In this document: positions 1 through 7,296 of the stretch, one piece after another | Layout: every line of letters starts with the position of its first letter | Position numbering within the stretch: the first letter of the stretch is position 1 | Origin: Candidatus Azambacteria bacterium RBG_16_47_10 | GTDB taxonomy: Bacteria; Patescibacteriota; Minisyncoccia; GWC2-36-17; WO2-46-25 | Assembly (NCBI GenBank): GCA_001773975.1 | Contig: MEYI01000036.1 | Location: forward strand, 13,750-37,927 | DNA length: 24,178 nt | Direction of reading: 5' to 3' | Program-made: the position numbers and the translations under genes | The notes under the pieces: generated by a model | What the model was told of the DNA's origin: nothing | The model's input: the letters and a program-made list of their open reading frames with translations, nothing else | Databases searched by the model: none

Positions 1-1193
1 TAGGGCTTGATCACACTTCCCGCGCCGGTGCCAAGTTTGCTGGTAAGACCGGTGATCGAATCTTCCAGGCGCTTCATCGGCGCTTTAAGCGCGTCAGTGG
101 AAAGTTGAGCTATCTGTTCCGCAGGCGTGACAATTTTGCATTTAATTTCACCTCCTAGTCTTTGCCAATATCCCTTAAAGTCATCTACGGTCATTGGTGA
201 TAGAGAAAGCCCTTCTATTGCTTCTTCAGCTGATTTTCCAACATAAGGGCGGTATTTTTGATTTTCAAACTCTCTTTCTTCTGCAAATAAACCAGCATCT
301 TCTTCGGTGAATTCTGGAAGAGGAGATGAGGATGCTTCTATTTGACTGACGATTGAGCGCGCTTGAACAGAGCCCCAGTCCGGAGGTTTCGTAATCGTGC
401 ATTTTTCTTGCGAGAGAAAGCCTTTGCCTATGGCCATCTTTGTTGTTGCCTCCGCGCTTTTTTCTGCTTTTATGGCATCCATTTCATCCGCAGTAGTAAG
501 CAGTATGCCGACATCATTGTTTTCTTTCCTTGAAAGTTCAATGAAAGATTGCCATCCTCCCTGAGTGAAGTCCTCTTTAAATTTCTGCAGTCCTGCTGCC
601 ATGCCGGTAAATGTACATGCCACTTTTTCATCAAATTTTTGCTGTGCATATGGCCCGGTAAACGCCACCTTAAGCTTAAACTTAAGGAAATTTGCATTAC
701 ATAGCGTAGTGGGGTCTACATTTAAAATAGCCCCCGCAAGCACCCCGCCCGCTTCATCAAGCGCGTCGGTAAGGAATTTTCCAGGGTCTTGGAGAACTCG
801 TATCTTTCCCTTCCCTCCGCCGTTGATCCACGCAACGATGTCGTTGGTAATCTTGGCGAGAACCTGATGCATCATGACAAGGAGTAGGGAGGAAACAAGT
901 TCTGCAACGACGCCGTCATTTTTTTTGAATTGCTCCCATATCTGGAACAACCAGTTTTTTTGAGTATCAGCTACTTCCAACGCCGCTATTTTTGCCTGTA
1001 GCACATTGGACTGTGTTTTTAAAACATTATTCTGAAGTTGCAGGATAGAGCCAGCAGGCCACTCAATAACAAACTGGGCATTGGCTTCGTGTGGCGCCAT
1101 TAAAACGGCAAAAAATGCCAGATTTGCTATCAGCACGAAAACAAGCAGAGAACAAATACCTTTTCGTATAATTAAAAAATTTAAGAAAGACAT
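1..1193 (-). CDS. CPR-type large secreted/membrane hypothetical protein; 3' end runs off the window; absent from the ORF track
   Basis: Hand translation from ATG at 1193 is stop-free to base 1 (397 codons): MSFLNFLIIRKGICSLLVFVLIANLAFFAVLMAPHEANAQF... There is an N-terminal hydrophobic segment ending in ANA (signal-peptide-like), followed by ITNDIVAWINGGG..VLQDPGKF, LCNANF, GFLSQEKC and KCKIVTP. The ATG directly follows the upstream TAA (TAAATG). Confidence 0.85.
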   Translation of the reverse strand, partial: MSFLNFLIIRKGICSLLVFVLIANLAFFAVLMAPHEANAQFVIEWPAGSILQLQNNVLKTQSNVLQAKIAALEVADTQKNWLFQIWEQFKKNDGVVAELVSSLLLVMMHQVLAKITNDIVAWINGGGKGKIRVLQDPGKFLTDALDEAGGVLAGAILNVDPTTLCNANFLKFKLKVAFTGPYAQQKFDEKVACTFTGMAAGLQKFKEDFTQGGWQSFIELSRKENNDVGILLTTADEMDAIKAEKSAEATTKMAIGKGFLSQEKCTITKPPDWGSVQARSIVSQIEASSSPLPEFTEEDAGLFAEEREFENQKYRPYVGKSAEEAIEGLSLSPMTVDDFKGYWQRLGGEIKCKIVTPAEQIAQLSTDALKAPMKRLEDSITGLTSKLGTGAGSVIKP

Positions 1194-2147
1194 TTAATAC
1201 GACGCTATCTTTGTTAGGAGTTGTTCATCCCATAAACGAACCATATCAAGCGCTTGAGGGTATGTTTCTATGGCAGCTGCAGCTTTTGCGGGGTCTTCCG
1301 AAGCATTTTTCACACTATCGAGAACAGTGGTCAACAATGAAAAAATAGCAATATAATTTTTGTGCATTTCAGCAAACTCTGAAGGGGCAACAACTTCTTT
1401 TAGTGCCACCACTGTTTTTTTATAATCATTTATTAATAAAGTGATTTTTTCTGTGTTTTTTGTTTCAACTGTTTCTTTTATGATGTTTCCCTCGGATGCA
1501 TTAAGCCCTCCGCTTTCTTCAAAAAGCATTGCTTGTGAAAGTTGAAAAACATATAAAACAACCGATTCTTTTGTGGCGGGAACCAAAGATATTTTAATTT
1601 CAGTGTCTTTTACTTCTGGGAGCGCAAAATATTCCTTCGCGCGAAGACCGATCTGCGCAAGCGCTTCATCCATAAGGTCTTGGTTGTACGGGAGATTCGG
1701 ATCGTTCGAGATATCTTCAAGCGAAGATCCTTGTGCGGGCGCGATCTCACCCGATGATATCTTTTGTGTGAGTATTTGTGCGAGATAGGTGGTTAAATTT
1801 TTCGGCAAAGGACGCGGCGTATTCGTATCGGTTCCTTCAAGCGCATCATTAGGCGCCGGGATAAGAGGGTCATAGCCGGAGGCAACCTCTTCGCCGTCCA
1901 AATAGCCGTCGCCGTCCGTATCCGGATTGCGAGGATCTGTTTTATATGTTTCTTCCTGCCAGTTTTTCAGACCGTCGCCGTCCGGATCGGCATCCGGTTC
2001 AGAAGCAATAGGAAATAACACCTTTTTTCCTTCAGTGAGTACCTGTGCGCCGATGCCTTGAGTACGCAAAACGATGACTCCGCCAATAAAAATCCCCAGC
2101 AACAAAACCACGGGGATGACGAGTTTTTTTCGCCGTTCTTTATCCAT
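1194..2147 (-). CDS. Membrane-anchored protein with bacterial TSP3-like (DxDGDG) calcium-binding repeats
   Basis: Likely start is MDKERRKK (ATG 2147) rather than 2267, because the longer version crosses a terminator and a promoter. Basic N-terminus, one TM helix, then DADPDGDGLKNWQE..TDPRNPDTDGDGYLDGEEV..GYDP. Confidence 0.8.
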   Translation of the reverse strand: MDKERRKKLVIPVVLLLGIFIGGVIVLRTQGIGAQVLTEGKKVLFPIASEPDADPDGDGLKNWQEETYKTDPRNPDTDGDGYLDGEEVASGYDPLIPAPNDALEGTDTNTPRPLPKNLTTYLAQILTQKISSGEIAPAQGSSLEDISNDPNLPYNQDLMDEALAQIGLRAKEYFALPEVKDTEIKISLVPATKESVVLYVFQLSQAMLFEESGGLNASEGNIIKETVETKNTEKITLLINDYKKTVVALKEVVAPSEFAEMHKNYIAIFSLLTTVLDSVKNASEDPAKAAAAIETYPQALDMVRLWDEQLLTKIASY

Positions 2148-2162
2148 AGATATAATGTGTGT

Positions 2163-2171
2163 ATTATACCA
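2163..2171 (-). promoter_or_regulatory. Extended -10 promoter (TGGTATAAT)
   Basis: TGnTATAAT on the minus strand, 15 nt upstream of ATG 2147; no clear -35. Confidence 0.6.
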
Positions 2172-2223
2172 GACCGCATAGGAAATACCTATACTTTTTA
2201 CTTGTGTATATCTAAAAAAGCGG

Positions 2224-2264
2224 AAAAAGAAAAAGCGCCGACCGCAAGTATATGCGATCGGCGC
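2224..2264 (-). terminator. Intrinsic terminator after the lipoprotein gene
   Basis: Minus strand GCGCCGATCGCA-tatact-TGCGGTCGGCGC (12-bp stem, one G-U) followed by TTTTTCTTTTT; lies 7 nt after the stop at 2272. Confidence 0.8.
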
Positions 2265-2271
2265 CAATTTT

Positions 2272-2793
2272 TTACTTTCCCCACCGGAATTTTATATCCG
2301 GGAGGATCTTGCTCCCGCAAGGGCCCACGTAAAATGGAATATGGGTTTTCTCTGCCCCAAATGGCAGGTTTGAAGATTTGTAGAACGAGGATATGACGAC
2401 AACGGCGTCATATGACTCCCCGTAATAGGTATTGTTGTACCCATCTGTGCGGAACGAGAACGTTCTCTCGCCCATGTAGAAACCGGCATCTTCCCCGGTA
2501 TCAGCGGTGCCTATGATCTTGTAGGCATGAGCGACGCCGTCGAACTTTCCGGCGCACTCAGTGTTGAAGATAATCGCCTCACGGGGTCCTAACCACCCCG
2601 TTTTCACTCCTTCAAGCCGTACCCGATACGGAGATTCGTTCCAAAGCAGGACGCGCAGATGCGATGAGTCCGTGATCGTGATCCGCGTCGTTTCGATGGC
2701 GGTGCATCCGGTGAGCGAGCCTGCCAGGATAAAAAGCAGGATGACAATCCACGGCAAAACAATGTCTTTAAGCATCCTTTTCAGAATTTCCAT
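2272..2793 (-). CDS. Putative lipoprotein of unknown function
   Basis: 173 aa; hydrophobic stretch ending in lipobox LTG-C30; strong SD (GAGGAGG) upstream; has its own promoter and terminator. Confidence 0.75.
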   Translation of the reverse strand: MEILKRMLKDIVLPWIVILLFILAGSLTGCTAIETTRITITDSSHLRVLLWNESPYRVRLEGVKTGWLGPREAIIFNTECAGKFDGVAHAYKIIGTADTGEDAGFYMGERTFSFRTDGYNNTYYGESYDAVVVISSFYKSSNLPFGAEKTHIPFYVGPCGSKILPDIKFRWGK

Positions 2794-2860
2794 AATTCCC
2801 TCCTCGTATGAAGACGATGTCTTCGGTTTATGCGATTTTAAAAGGTCACTCTAGATCGCT

Positions 2861-2889
2861 ATTGTATCAGAAAATACATATTTTGTCAA
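2861..2889 (-). promoter_or_regulatory. Near-consensus sigma70 promoter
   Basis: TTGACA-17 nt-TACAAT with TG extension (TGaTACAAT). Confidence 0.8.
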
Positions 2890-2900
2890 TAATAAAAGCC

Positions 2901-2928
2901 AAAAAACGCTTAGTTTAAAGCGTTTTTT
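2901..2928. terminator. Bidirectional-type intrinsic terminator
   Basis: AAAAAACGCTT-agttta-AAGCGTTTTTT perfect inverted repeat downstream of the 207-aa ORF. Confidence 0.65.
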
Positions 2929-2954
2929 GTAAATACCAGTCGTTTTTACCCGGT

Positions 2955-3578
2955 CTAGTGACCCGAGAGCTTGTATTGGAAGATAAACGGAGTATCCTTT
3001 CCTGATGTTGGGTCGCTATAGAGACCTCCAAACTGCACCATGCCTTTATCAACGAACACCTTGCTCCATACTTTGTTAGGTGTCATATCGACGATCGTTT
3101 GGAGTTTTGCGCGTTCGCTTGGATCTGTTTCATTCGGGAGAAGGGTATCGCGGATATGATCGATCGCTTTTTCAGCCATGCTCTCCCCTTCATCAATGGT
3201 TTCAAACGCTTCCTGCGCTTTATGATGCGTCGTTTTTTTCTCGGGTGAGCTTTTTTGCACATGCTCTGTGGCGTTATCAAGCTCATCGAACATATTTTTG
3301 TTCCCCGCATATGCTTCTGTTCCCGCGGCAAATGTGCCGGCAAGCGCAGCGGCGGCAATAGCCGCTTTTCCCCATGATGGGCTGGTTTTTTCTTCCGTTT
3401 TCTCCTCGGGAGACGGCCAAAGTTCTTCAAGAAGTTCCTCCCCTGTTTTTTCTTCCGATTCCGGGGCGTCCCCTTCTGTTTCCACTGATATCTCTTCGGG
3501 AGATTCCAATGTGTTCATTTTTTCCTCGATATTTTCCTCCCCCTTCTCTTCGTTTGGTTCAAAATTTTCAAATCCCAT
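2955..3578 (-). CDS. Hypothetical protein with Glu-rich N-terminus and internal Ala-rich hydrophobic segment
   Basis: 207 aa; about 65 acidic residues' span, then WGKAAIAAAALAGTFAAGTEAYAG; promoter upstream and terminator downstream. Confidence 0.75.
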   Translation of the reverse strand: MGFENFEPNEEKGEENIEEKMNTLESPEEISVETEGDAPESEEKTGEELLEELWPSPEEKTEEKTSPSWGKAAIAAAALAGTFAAGTEAYAGNKNMFDELDNATEHVQKSSPEKKTTHHKAQEAFETIDEGESMAEKAIDHIRDTLLPNETDPSERAKLQTIVDMTPNKVWSKVFVDKGMVQFGGLYSDPTSGKDTPFIFQYKLSGH

Positions 3579-3604
3579 AGATATTGCGCTAATTGTATAC
3601 GGCT

Positions 3605-3613
3605 ATTATAGCA
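3605..3613 (-). promoter_or_regulatory. Extended -10 (TGCTATAAT) overlapping the rsmA stop codon
   Basis: rsmA ends ATG CTA TAA t, creating TGCTATAAT 26 nt upstream of ATG 3578. Confidence 0.5.
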
Positions 3614-4403
3614 TGGTGCGTAGATTTTCGGCGAGCGCGGTCCATTGTGCGAGCGTAAGCTGTTCCGGGCGGGTGTTTTGGTCGATGGTGAGAGCTGTAA
3701 ATGCCTCGGTGAGAACCTCTTTAGATATTTTGAGTTTTGTAGCAAGATTGCCGACTAGTTTTTTTCGAGGCGCTGAAAAGCCTGCTTTCATCACGGTAAA
3801 GAAGGTGTCGGGCGCAAGCGAAGGCGGCTTTGTATGAGGAATGATCTCAATAATTGCCGAATCTACCTTCGGTGCCGGAGAAAACGACCCACGGGACACA
3901 AAAAACAGTATTTTCGGCTCCGCATAGAATTTTACCGCGAGCGAAAGAATACTTTCTTTCCCATCGCGCGCGGTAATGCGCTGTGCCACCTCCTTTTGGA
4001 TCATCAGGAGTATGCGCTGGGGCTTTTCTTCTCGTTCAAGAAGTGTGCGGATCAGGGCAGATGTCAGATAATAGGGGATATTTGCGACAACGCTATAATT
4101 TTCCGGCAACGAAAGTTCATCTTCTTTAAGTAGGCGCATGATGTCGCCATCAATAACATCGACATTGGCGATATGCTTTTCTGCGAGCGTTGTTTGGAGC
4201 GCCTCAATGAGCCGTTTGTCTTTTTCTACGGCAATGACGCGCTGTGCGTGTGCGGCAAGCGGGAGTGTGATCGCGCCAAGCCCCGGGCCGATCTCAAGGA
4301 TCGTATCCTGCGGTGTGAGCGCGGCAGCTGCAATTATTTTTTCTATAACTCCTTTATTTGCAAGGAAATTCTGTCCCAGCCGTTTGTTTGCGGCTATTTT
4401 CAT
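3606..4403 (-). CDS. rsmA: 16S rRNA (adenine1518/1519-N6)-dimethyltransferase
   Basis: LGQNFL, LEIGPGLG SAM-binding motif, VVANIPYY, FSPAPKVDSA, RKKL, RPEQL. Confidence 0.97.
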   Translation of the reverse strand: MKIAANKRLGQNFLANKGVIEKIIAAAALTPQDTILEIGPGLGAITLPLAAHAQRVIAVEKDKRLIEALQTTLAEKHIANVDVIDGDIMRLLKEDELSLPENYSVVANIPYYLTSALIRTLLEREEKPQRILLMIQKEVAQRITARDGKESILSLAVKFYAEPKILFFVSRGSFSPAPKVDSAIIEIIPHTKPPSLAPDTFFTVMKAGFSAPRKKLVGNLATKLKISKEVLTEAFTALTIDQNTRPEQLTLAQWTALAENLRTML

Positions 4404-4928
4404 TTATTTTCCGCTTGCGATCACCTGTGCGATCGGAGATGAGTTCTGGAGATTTTGCCAGAAAAGAATGTTTTTATGAGAGATATACATCGCGTCTTCC
4501 GGCATATGCATGTCCTGTGTCAGTTTTTTGACCGTCGTCTGCGTTTTCATTTCCGCAGACCCCTCTGCTGCCGGCACTTGTGATTTTTCAAGGTAGTGAG
4601 CGTTTGTCAGGCGCCATGCGTCAAAGCCGTTTCGTGAAAGCGTGCCGAAATATACTTGGCCATTCGTGAGAAAAACCGCCTGCACCTTATTCTTCATTGA
4701 TTTTTCCGTGTATGAAGAGTTAGACAGGTGGAGCGACCTGTCGCACCATGCGAGTATGGTGAGCACGAATACGAATGCGATTATTGCCGCAACAATACGG
4801 AGCGGTCTGCGCCCGAAGCAATGGGTACGGCATATGCCCCTCCCTGTTGTACATGTATTTTTATCTGCACATACGCATTTGTCTGCGCATACACATGATG
4901 ACGATGATTGCGGTGTTGTTTCTTCCAT
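4404..4928 (-). CDS. CPR-type single-TM protein with Cys-rich N-terminus
   Basis: 174 aa; Cys-rich N-terminus, TM helix, then QAVFLTNGQVYFG, a motif I recognise from conserved Patescibacteria hypothetical proteins; its stop abuts the rsmA start. Confidence 0.8.
   Translation of the reverse strand: MEETTPQSSSSCVCADKCVCADKNTCTTGRGICRTHCFGRRPLRIVAAIIAFVFVLTILAWCDRSLHLSNSSYTEKSMKNKVQAVFLTNGQVYFGTLSRNGFDAWRLTNAHYLEKSQVPAAEGSAEMKTQTTVKKLTQDMHMPEDAMYISHKNILFWQNLQNSSPIAQVIASGK
4860..4895 (-). repeat. 18-bp imperfect tandem duplication encoding CVCADK x2
   Basis: Minus strand TGTGTATGCGCAGACAAA / TGCGTATGTGCAGATAAA; differences are synonymous. Confidence 0.85.
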
Positions 4929-4960
4929 AAAAATAAAAAGAGATTACTTGGTATGAAATC

Positions 4961-4969
4961 AGTATAGCA
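4961..4969 (-). promoter_or_regulatory. Extended -10 (TGCTATACT)
   Basis: TGnTATACT about 32 nt upstream of ATG 4928. Confidence 0.55.
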
Positions 4970-5017
4970 TATTTTTTCCTTGCAAGAGCAAGGGCAAAAC
5001 GGAATCGTTCAGGTGAG

Positions 5018-5227
5018 GTGCTATCATGCTCATCTTTTCTTTTATCTTAACCTGCCCGCCATATGCCTAACACCTTATTCCCCTGATATTCCATATGTCT
5101 CTCATTATGCCGTGGTTCACGAATTTCCAAATGACAGGCAATTGGCAGGCGGGCGGAAGCGCAGCCTGCCTGTTTTGATATGATGGGGGGCGTGAGTGGA
5201 TTAAAGAAAAGATGAGCATGATAGCAC
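5018..5227. repeat. 210-bp element bounded by perfect 25-bp inverted repeats (MITE-like, invertible or structured RNA)
   Basis: GTGCTATCATGCTCATCTTTTCTTT (5018-5042) is the exact reverse complement of 5203-5227. Internal hairpin GGCAGGC..GCCTGCC. The repeat is certain; its function is not. Confidence 0.85.
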
Positions 5228-5252
5228 TAGCCATGAGAAGAGCGAAATGCAG

Positions 5253-7184
5253 CTACCACTCGATGTCGATGATGCCACTCTCAAAATCATCGCGGCTGAC
5301 GGACGGGCCGCCTTCATACACGGAGAATGAAACAAGACGCTCCGGAATGTCGAATAAGAAGCGCGATGGGGGATTTGATTGCGTTTGTCCGTACACCGTT
5401 CGCGCGCGCGCATAGGAAAGCCACAGGTTTTTTTTCGCGCGCGTGATCGCCACATAACAGAGTCGCCGCTCCTCTTCCATTTCCGCCGGTGATTGTTTAC
5501 TGCGCGAATGCGGGAAAATATTGTCTTCCATGCCGATGATAAACACCGAACTGAATTCAAGCCCCTTTGCCGCATGCATGGTCAAAACATGCACCGCTCC
5601 GCCACTTCCCTCTTCGTTTTCGCGCGCGACAAGCGCCGCATTATCAAGAAATGTCGTGAGTGCGACCTCGGGTTTCTCTTCATCATGATATGACGCGGCA
5701 GAAATAAGTTCGTGGATATTTTCAATGCGCGACGCGCCTTCTTTCTTGTCCTTCGCAAGATATTCTTCAAGTCCCGAGCGCTTCAATATCATCTTGATGA
5801 ATTTAGAAAGCGGCATTGTTGCGCGTTCTTCTTTTAGGGCATCGATGAGCGTGAAAAATTCTTCGATATGCGCGGTGCGTTCCCCGCGGGCAAAAAAACG
5901 ATCAAGCGATACTTTGCCGATGCCCCGCGGAGGCAGATTGATGATGCGCTTTAAGCTCACCGTGTCGCGCGGATTTGCGATGACGCGCAGATACGCAAGC
6001 ACATCTTTAATTTCCTTTCGTTCATAGAATTTCAAGCCCCCGATGACTTTGTATGGAATGCGATAGCGCAAAAATGTTTCTTCAATAGCGCGTGACTGCG
6101 CATTCGTGCGATACAAGACTGCGACATCAGAAAACGATTCGGCGCGACGCGTGCGTCCGAGTTCCATGATCGTGCGCGCGACAAATTCCGCCTCTTTTCG
6201 TTCATTGTCTGTGACGACAACGCTGATCTTTTCGCCCGCATCGTTGCGCGTGAAAAGATTTTTTTCTTTCCGCATTTTATTTTTACTGATCACTGTGTTT
6301 GCTGCCGATAGTATGGTTTGCGTGGAACGATAATTTTCTTCAAGCACCACTACTTTCGCATCGGGATATTCTTTTTCGAAATTAAGAATGTTCGTGATGT
6401 CCGCCTGGCGCCATCCGTAGATCGCCTGGTCGAGGTCGCCGACCGCGCAGATGTTGCGATATTTTTTTGCAAGCAATGTTACGAACTGATATTGCGCATA
6501 GTTGGTGTCCTGGTATTCATCGATGAGAATATAGCGAAATTTTTCCTGATACTGCGCCAGGATGTCGTCATGTTTTTGCAGGAGCTGTACGCACATCATG
6601 ATCATGTCGTCGAAGTCGACAGCATTGTGTTCGCGCAAGCCGTCTTGATACGCGAGATACACGCGCGCCGCCATGCGGTCGAATGGTTCTGTTGATTCGT
6701 CGGCAAATGTTTCCGGAGCGACAAGCCGGCTTTTCAGCGTTGAGATGGTGTGTAAAAAAGAACCCGGAGTGAACTTTTCCGTATTGATCTCCATTTTTTC
6801 ACAGATCTCTTTAATAAGCGATTCCTGGTCCCGGGTGTCAAAGATGACGAACCCGTCTTCCAGACCGCACTCTTTCGCGTGGGCGCGCAAGATGACGAGA
6901 CATATGGAATGAAAGGTGCCTATGGAAAGCGCGGCGGAAGAGAGCGGAGAGTCTCTAAGAAGGCGATGCACGCGTTCTTTCATCTCCCCCGCCGCTTTGT
7001 TGGTGAATGTCACGGCAAGGATGCGGTCGGGCGTGGCTATGCCGCGCGCGATGATGTGCGCGATGCGGTGCGTGAGTACCATGGTTTTACCTGATCCCGC
7101 TCCCGCGATCACGAGTACCGGCCCTTGTATCGCGGTTACCGCCTCGCACTGTTTTTCATTAAGATTTTTAAGTAGATCGATCAT
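5253..7184 (-). CDS. pcrA: ATP-dependent DNA helicase PcrA/UvrD (superfamily 1)
   Basis: VIAGAGSGKT (Walker A), VTFTNKAA, LIDEYQDTN, NYRST, LTMHAAKGLEF, EEERRLCYVAITRAK. Confidence 0.96.
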   Translation of the reverse strand: MIDLLKNLNEKQCEAVTAIQGPVLVIAGAGSGKTMVLTHRIAHIIARGIATPDRILAVTFTNKAAGEMKERVHRLLRDSPLSSAALSIGTFHSICLVILRAHAKECGLEDGFVIFDTRDQESLIKEICEKMEINTEKFTPGSFLHTISTLKSRLVAPETFADESTEPFDRMAARVYLAYQDGLREHNAVDFDDMIMMCVQLLQKHDDILAQYQEKFRYILIDEYQDTNYAQYQFVTLLAKKYRNICAVGDLDQAIYGWRQADITNILNFEKEYPDAKVVVLEENYRSTQTILSAANTVISKNKMRKEKNLFTRNDAGEKISVVVTDNERKEAEFVARTIMELGRTRRAESFSDVAVLYRTNAQSRAIEETFLRYRIPYKVIGGLKFYERKEIKDVLAYLRVIANPRDTVSLKRIINLPPRGIGKVSLDRFFARGERTAHIEEFFTLIDALKEERATMPLSKFIKMILKRSGLEEYLAKDKKEGASRIENIHELISAASYHDEEKPEVALTTFLDNAALVARENEEGSGGAVHVLTMHAAKGLEFSSVFIIGMEDNIFPHSRSKQSPAEMEEERRLCYVAITRAKKNLWLSYARARTVYGQTQSNPPSRFLFDIPERLVSFSVYEGGPSVSRDDFESGIIDIEW

Positions 7185-7224
7185 TATGTGTTGGTTTTTA
7201 CGGAAAAAATAGGATTAAAGACCT

Positions 7225-7233
7225 TGTGGATAA
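7225..7233. promoter_or_regulatory. Consensus DnaA box
   Basis: TGTGGATAA (reverse complement of TTATCCACA) between the divergent pcrA and M23 genes. Confidence 0.6.
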
Positions 7234-7247
7234 CTTTGCTGGATTCG

Positions 7248-7276
7248 TTGACTTTTAGCCCCCCCGGTGGTATTAT
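7248..7276 (+). promoter_or_regulatory. sigma70 promoter for the LysM/M23 gene, with a C7 run in the spacer
   Basis: TTGACT-17 nt-TATTAT with TG extension; C7 at 7259-7265. Confidence 0.7.
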
Positions 7277-7296
7277 AGATACGGTTTTGACATCCT

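Noticed and set aside
2148-2267. N-terminal 40-aa extension of the 1194-2267 ORF
   Set aside because: It spans a terminator U-tract and an extended -10 promoter; ATG 2147 gives a normal basic-plus-TM N-terminus.
3268-3837. 189-aa plus-strand ORF and the many similar antisense ORFs (e.g. 12237-12731, 17137-17628, 19260-19979)
   Set aside because: They are shadow frames of well-supported opposite-strand genes, with Ser/Phe/Arg-biased composition and no motifs.
5134-5173. SRP RNA, RNase P or tmRNA within the 5018-5227 element
   Set aside because: A GGAA-loop-like hairpin is present, but the SRP CAGG/AGCAG internal-loop context, the RNase P GAGGAAAGUCC motif and tmRNA tRNA-like ends are absent.
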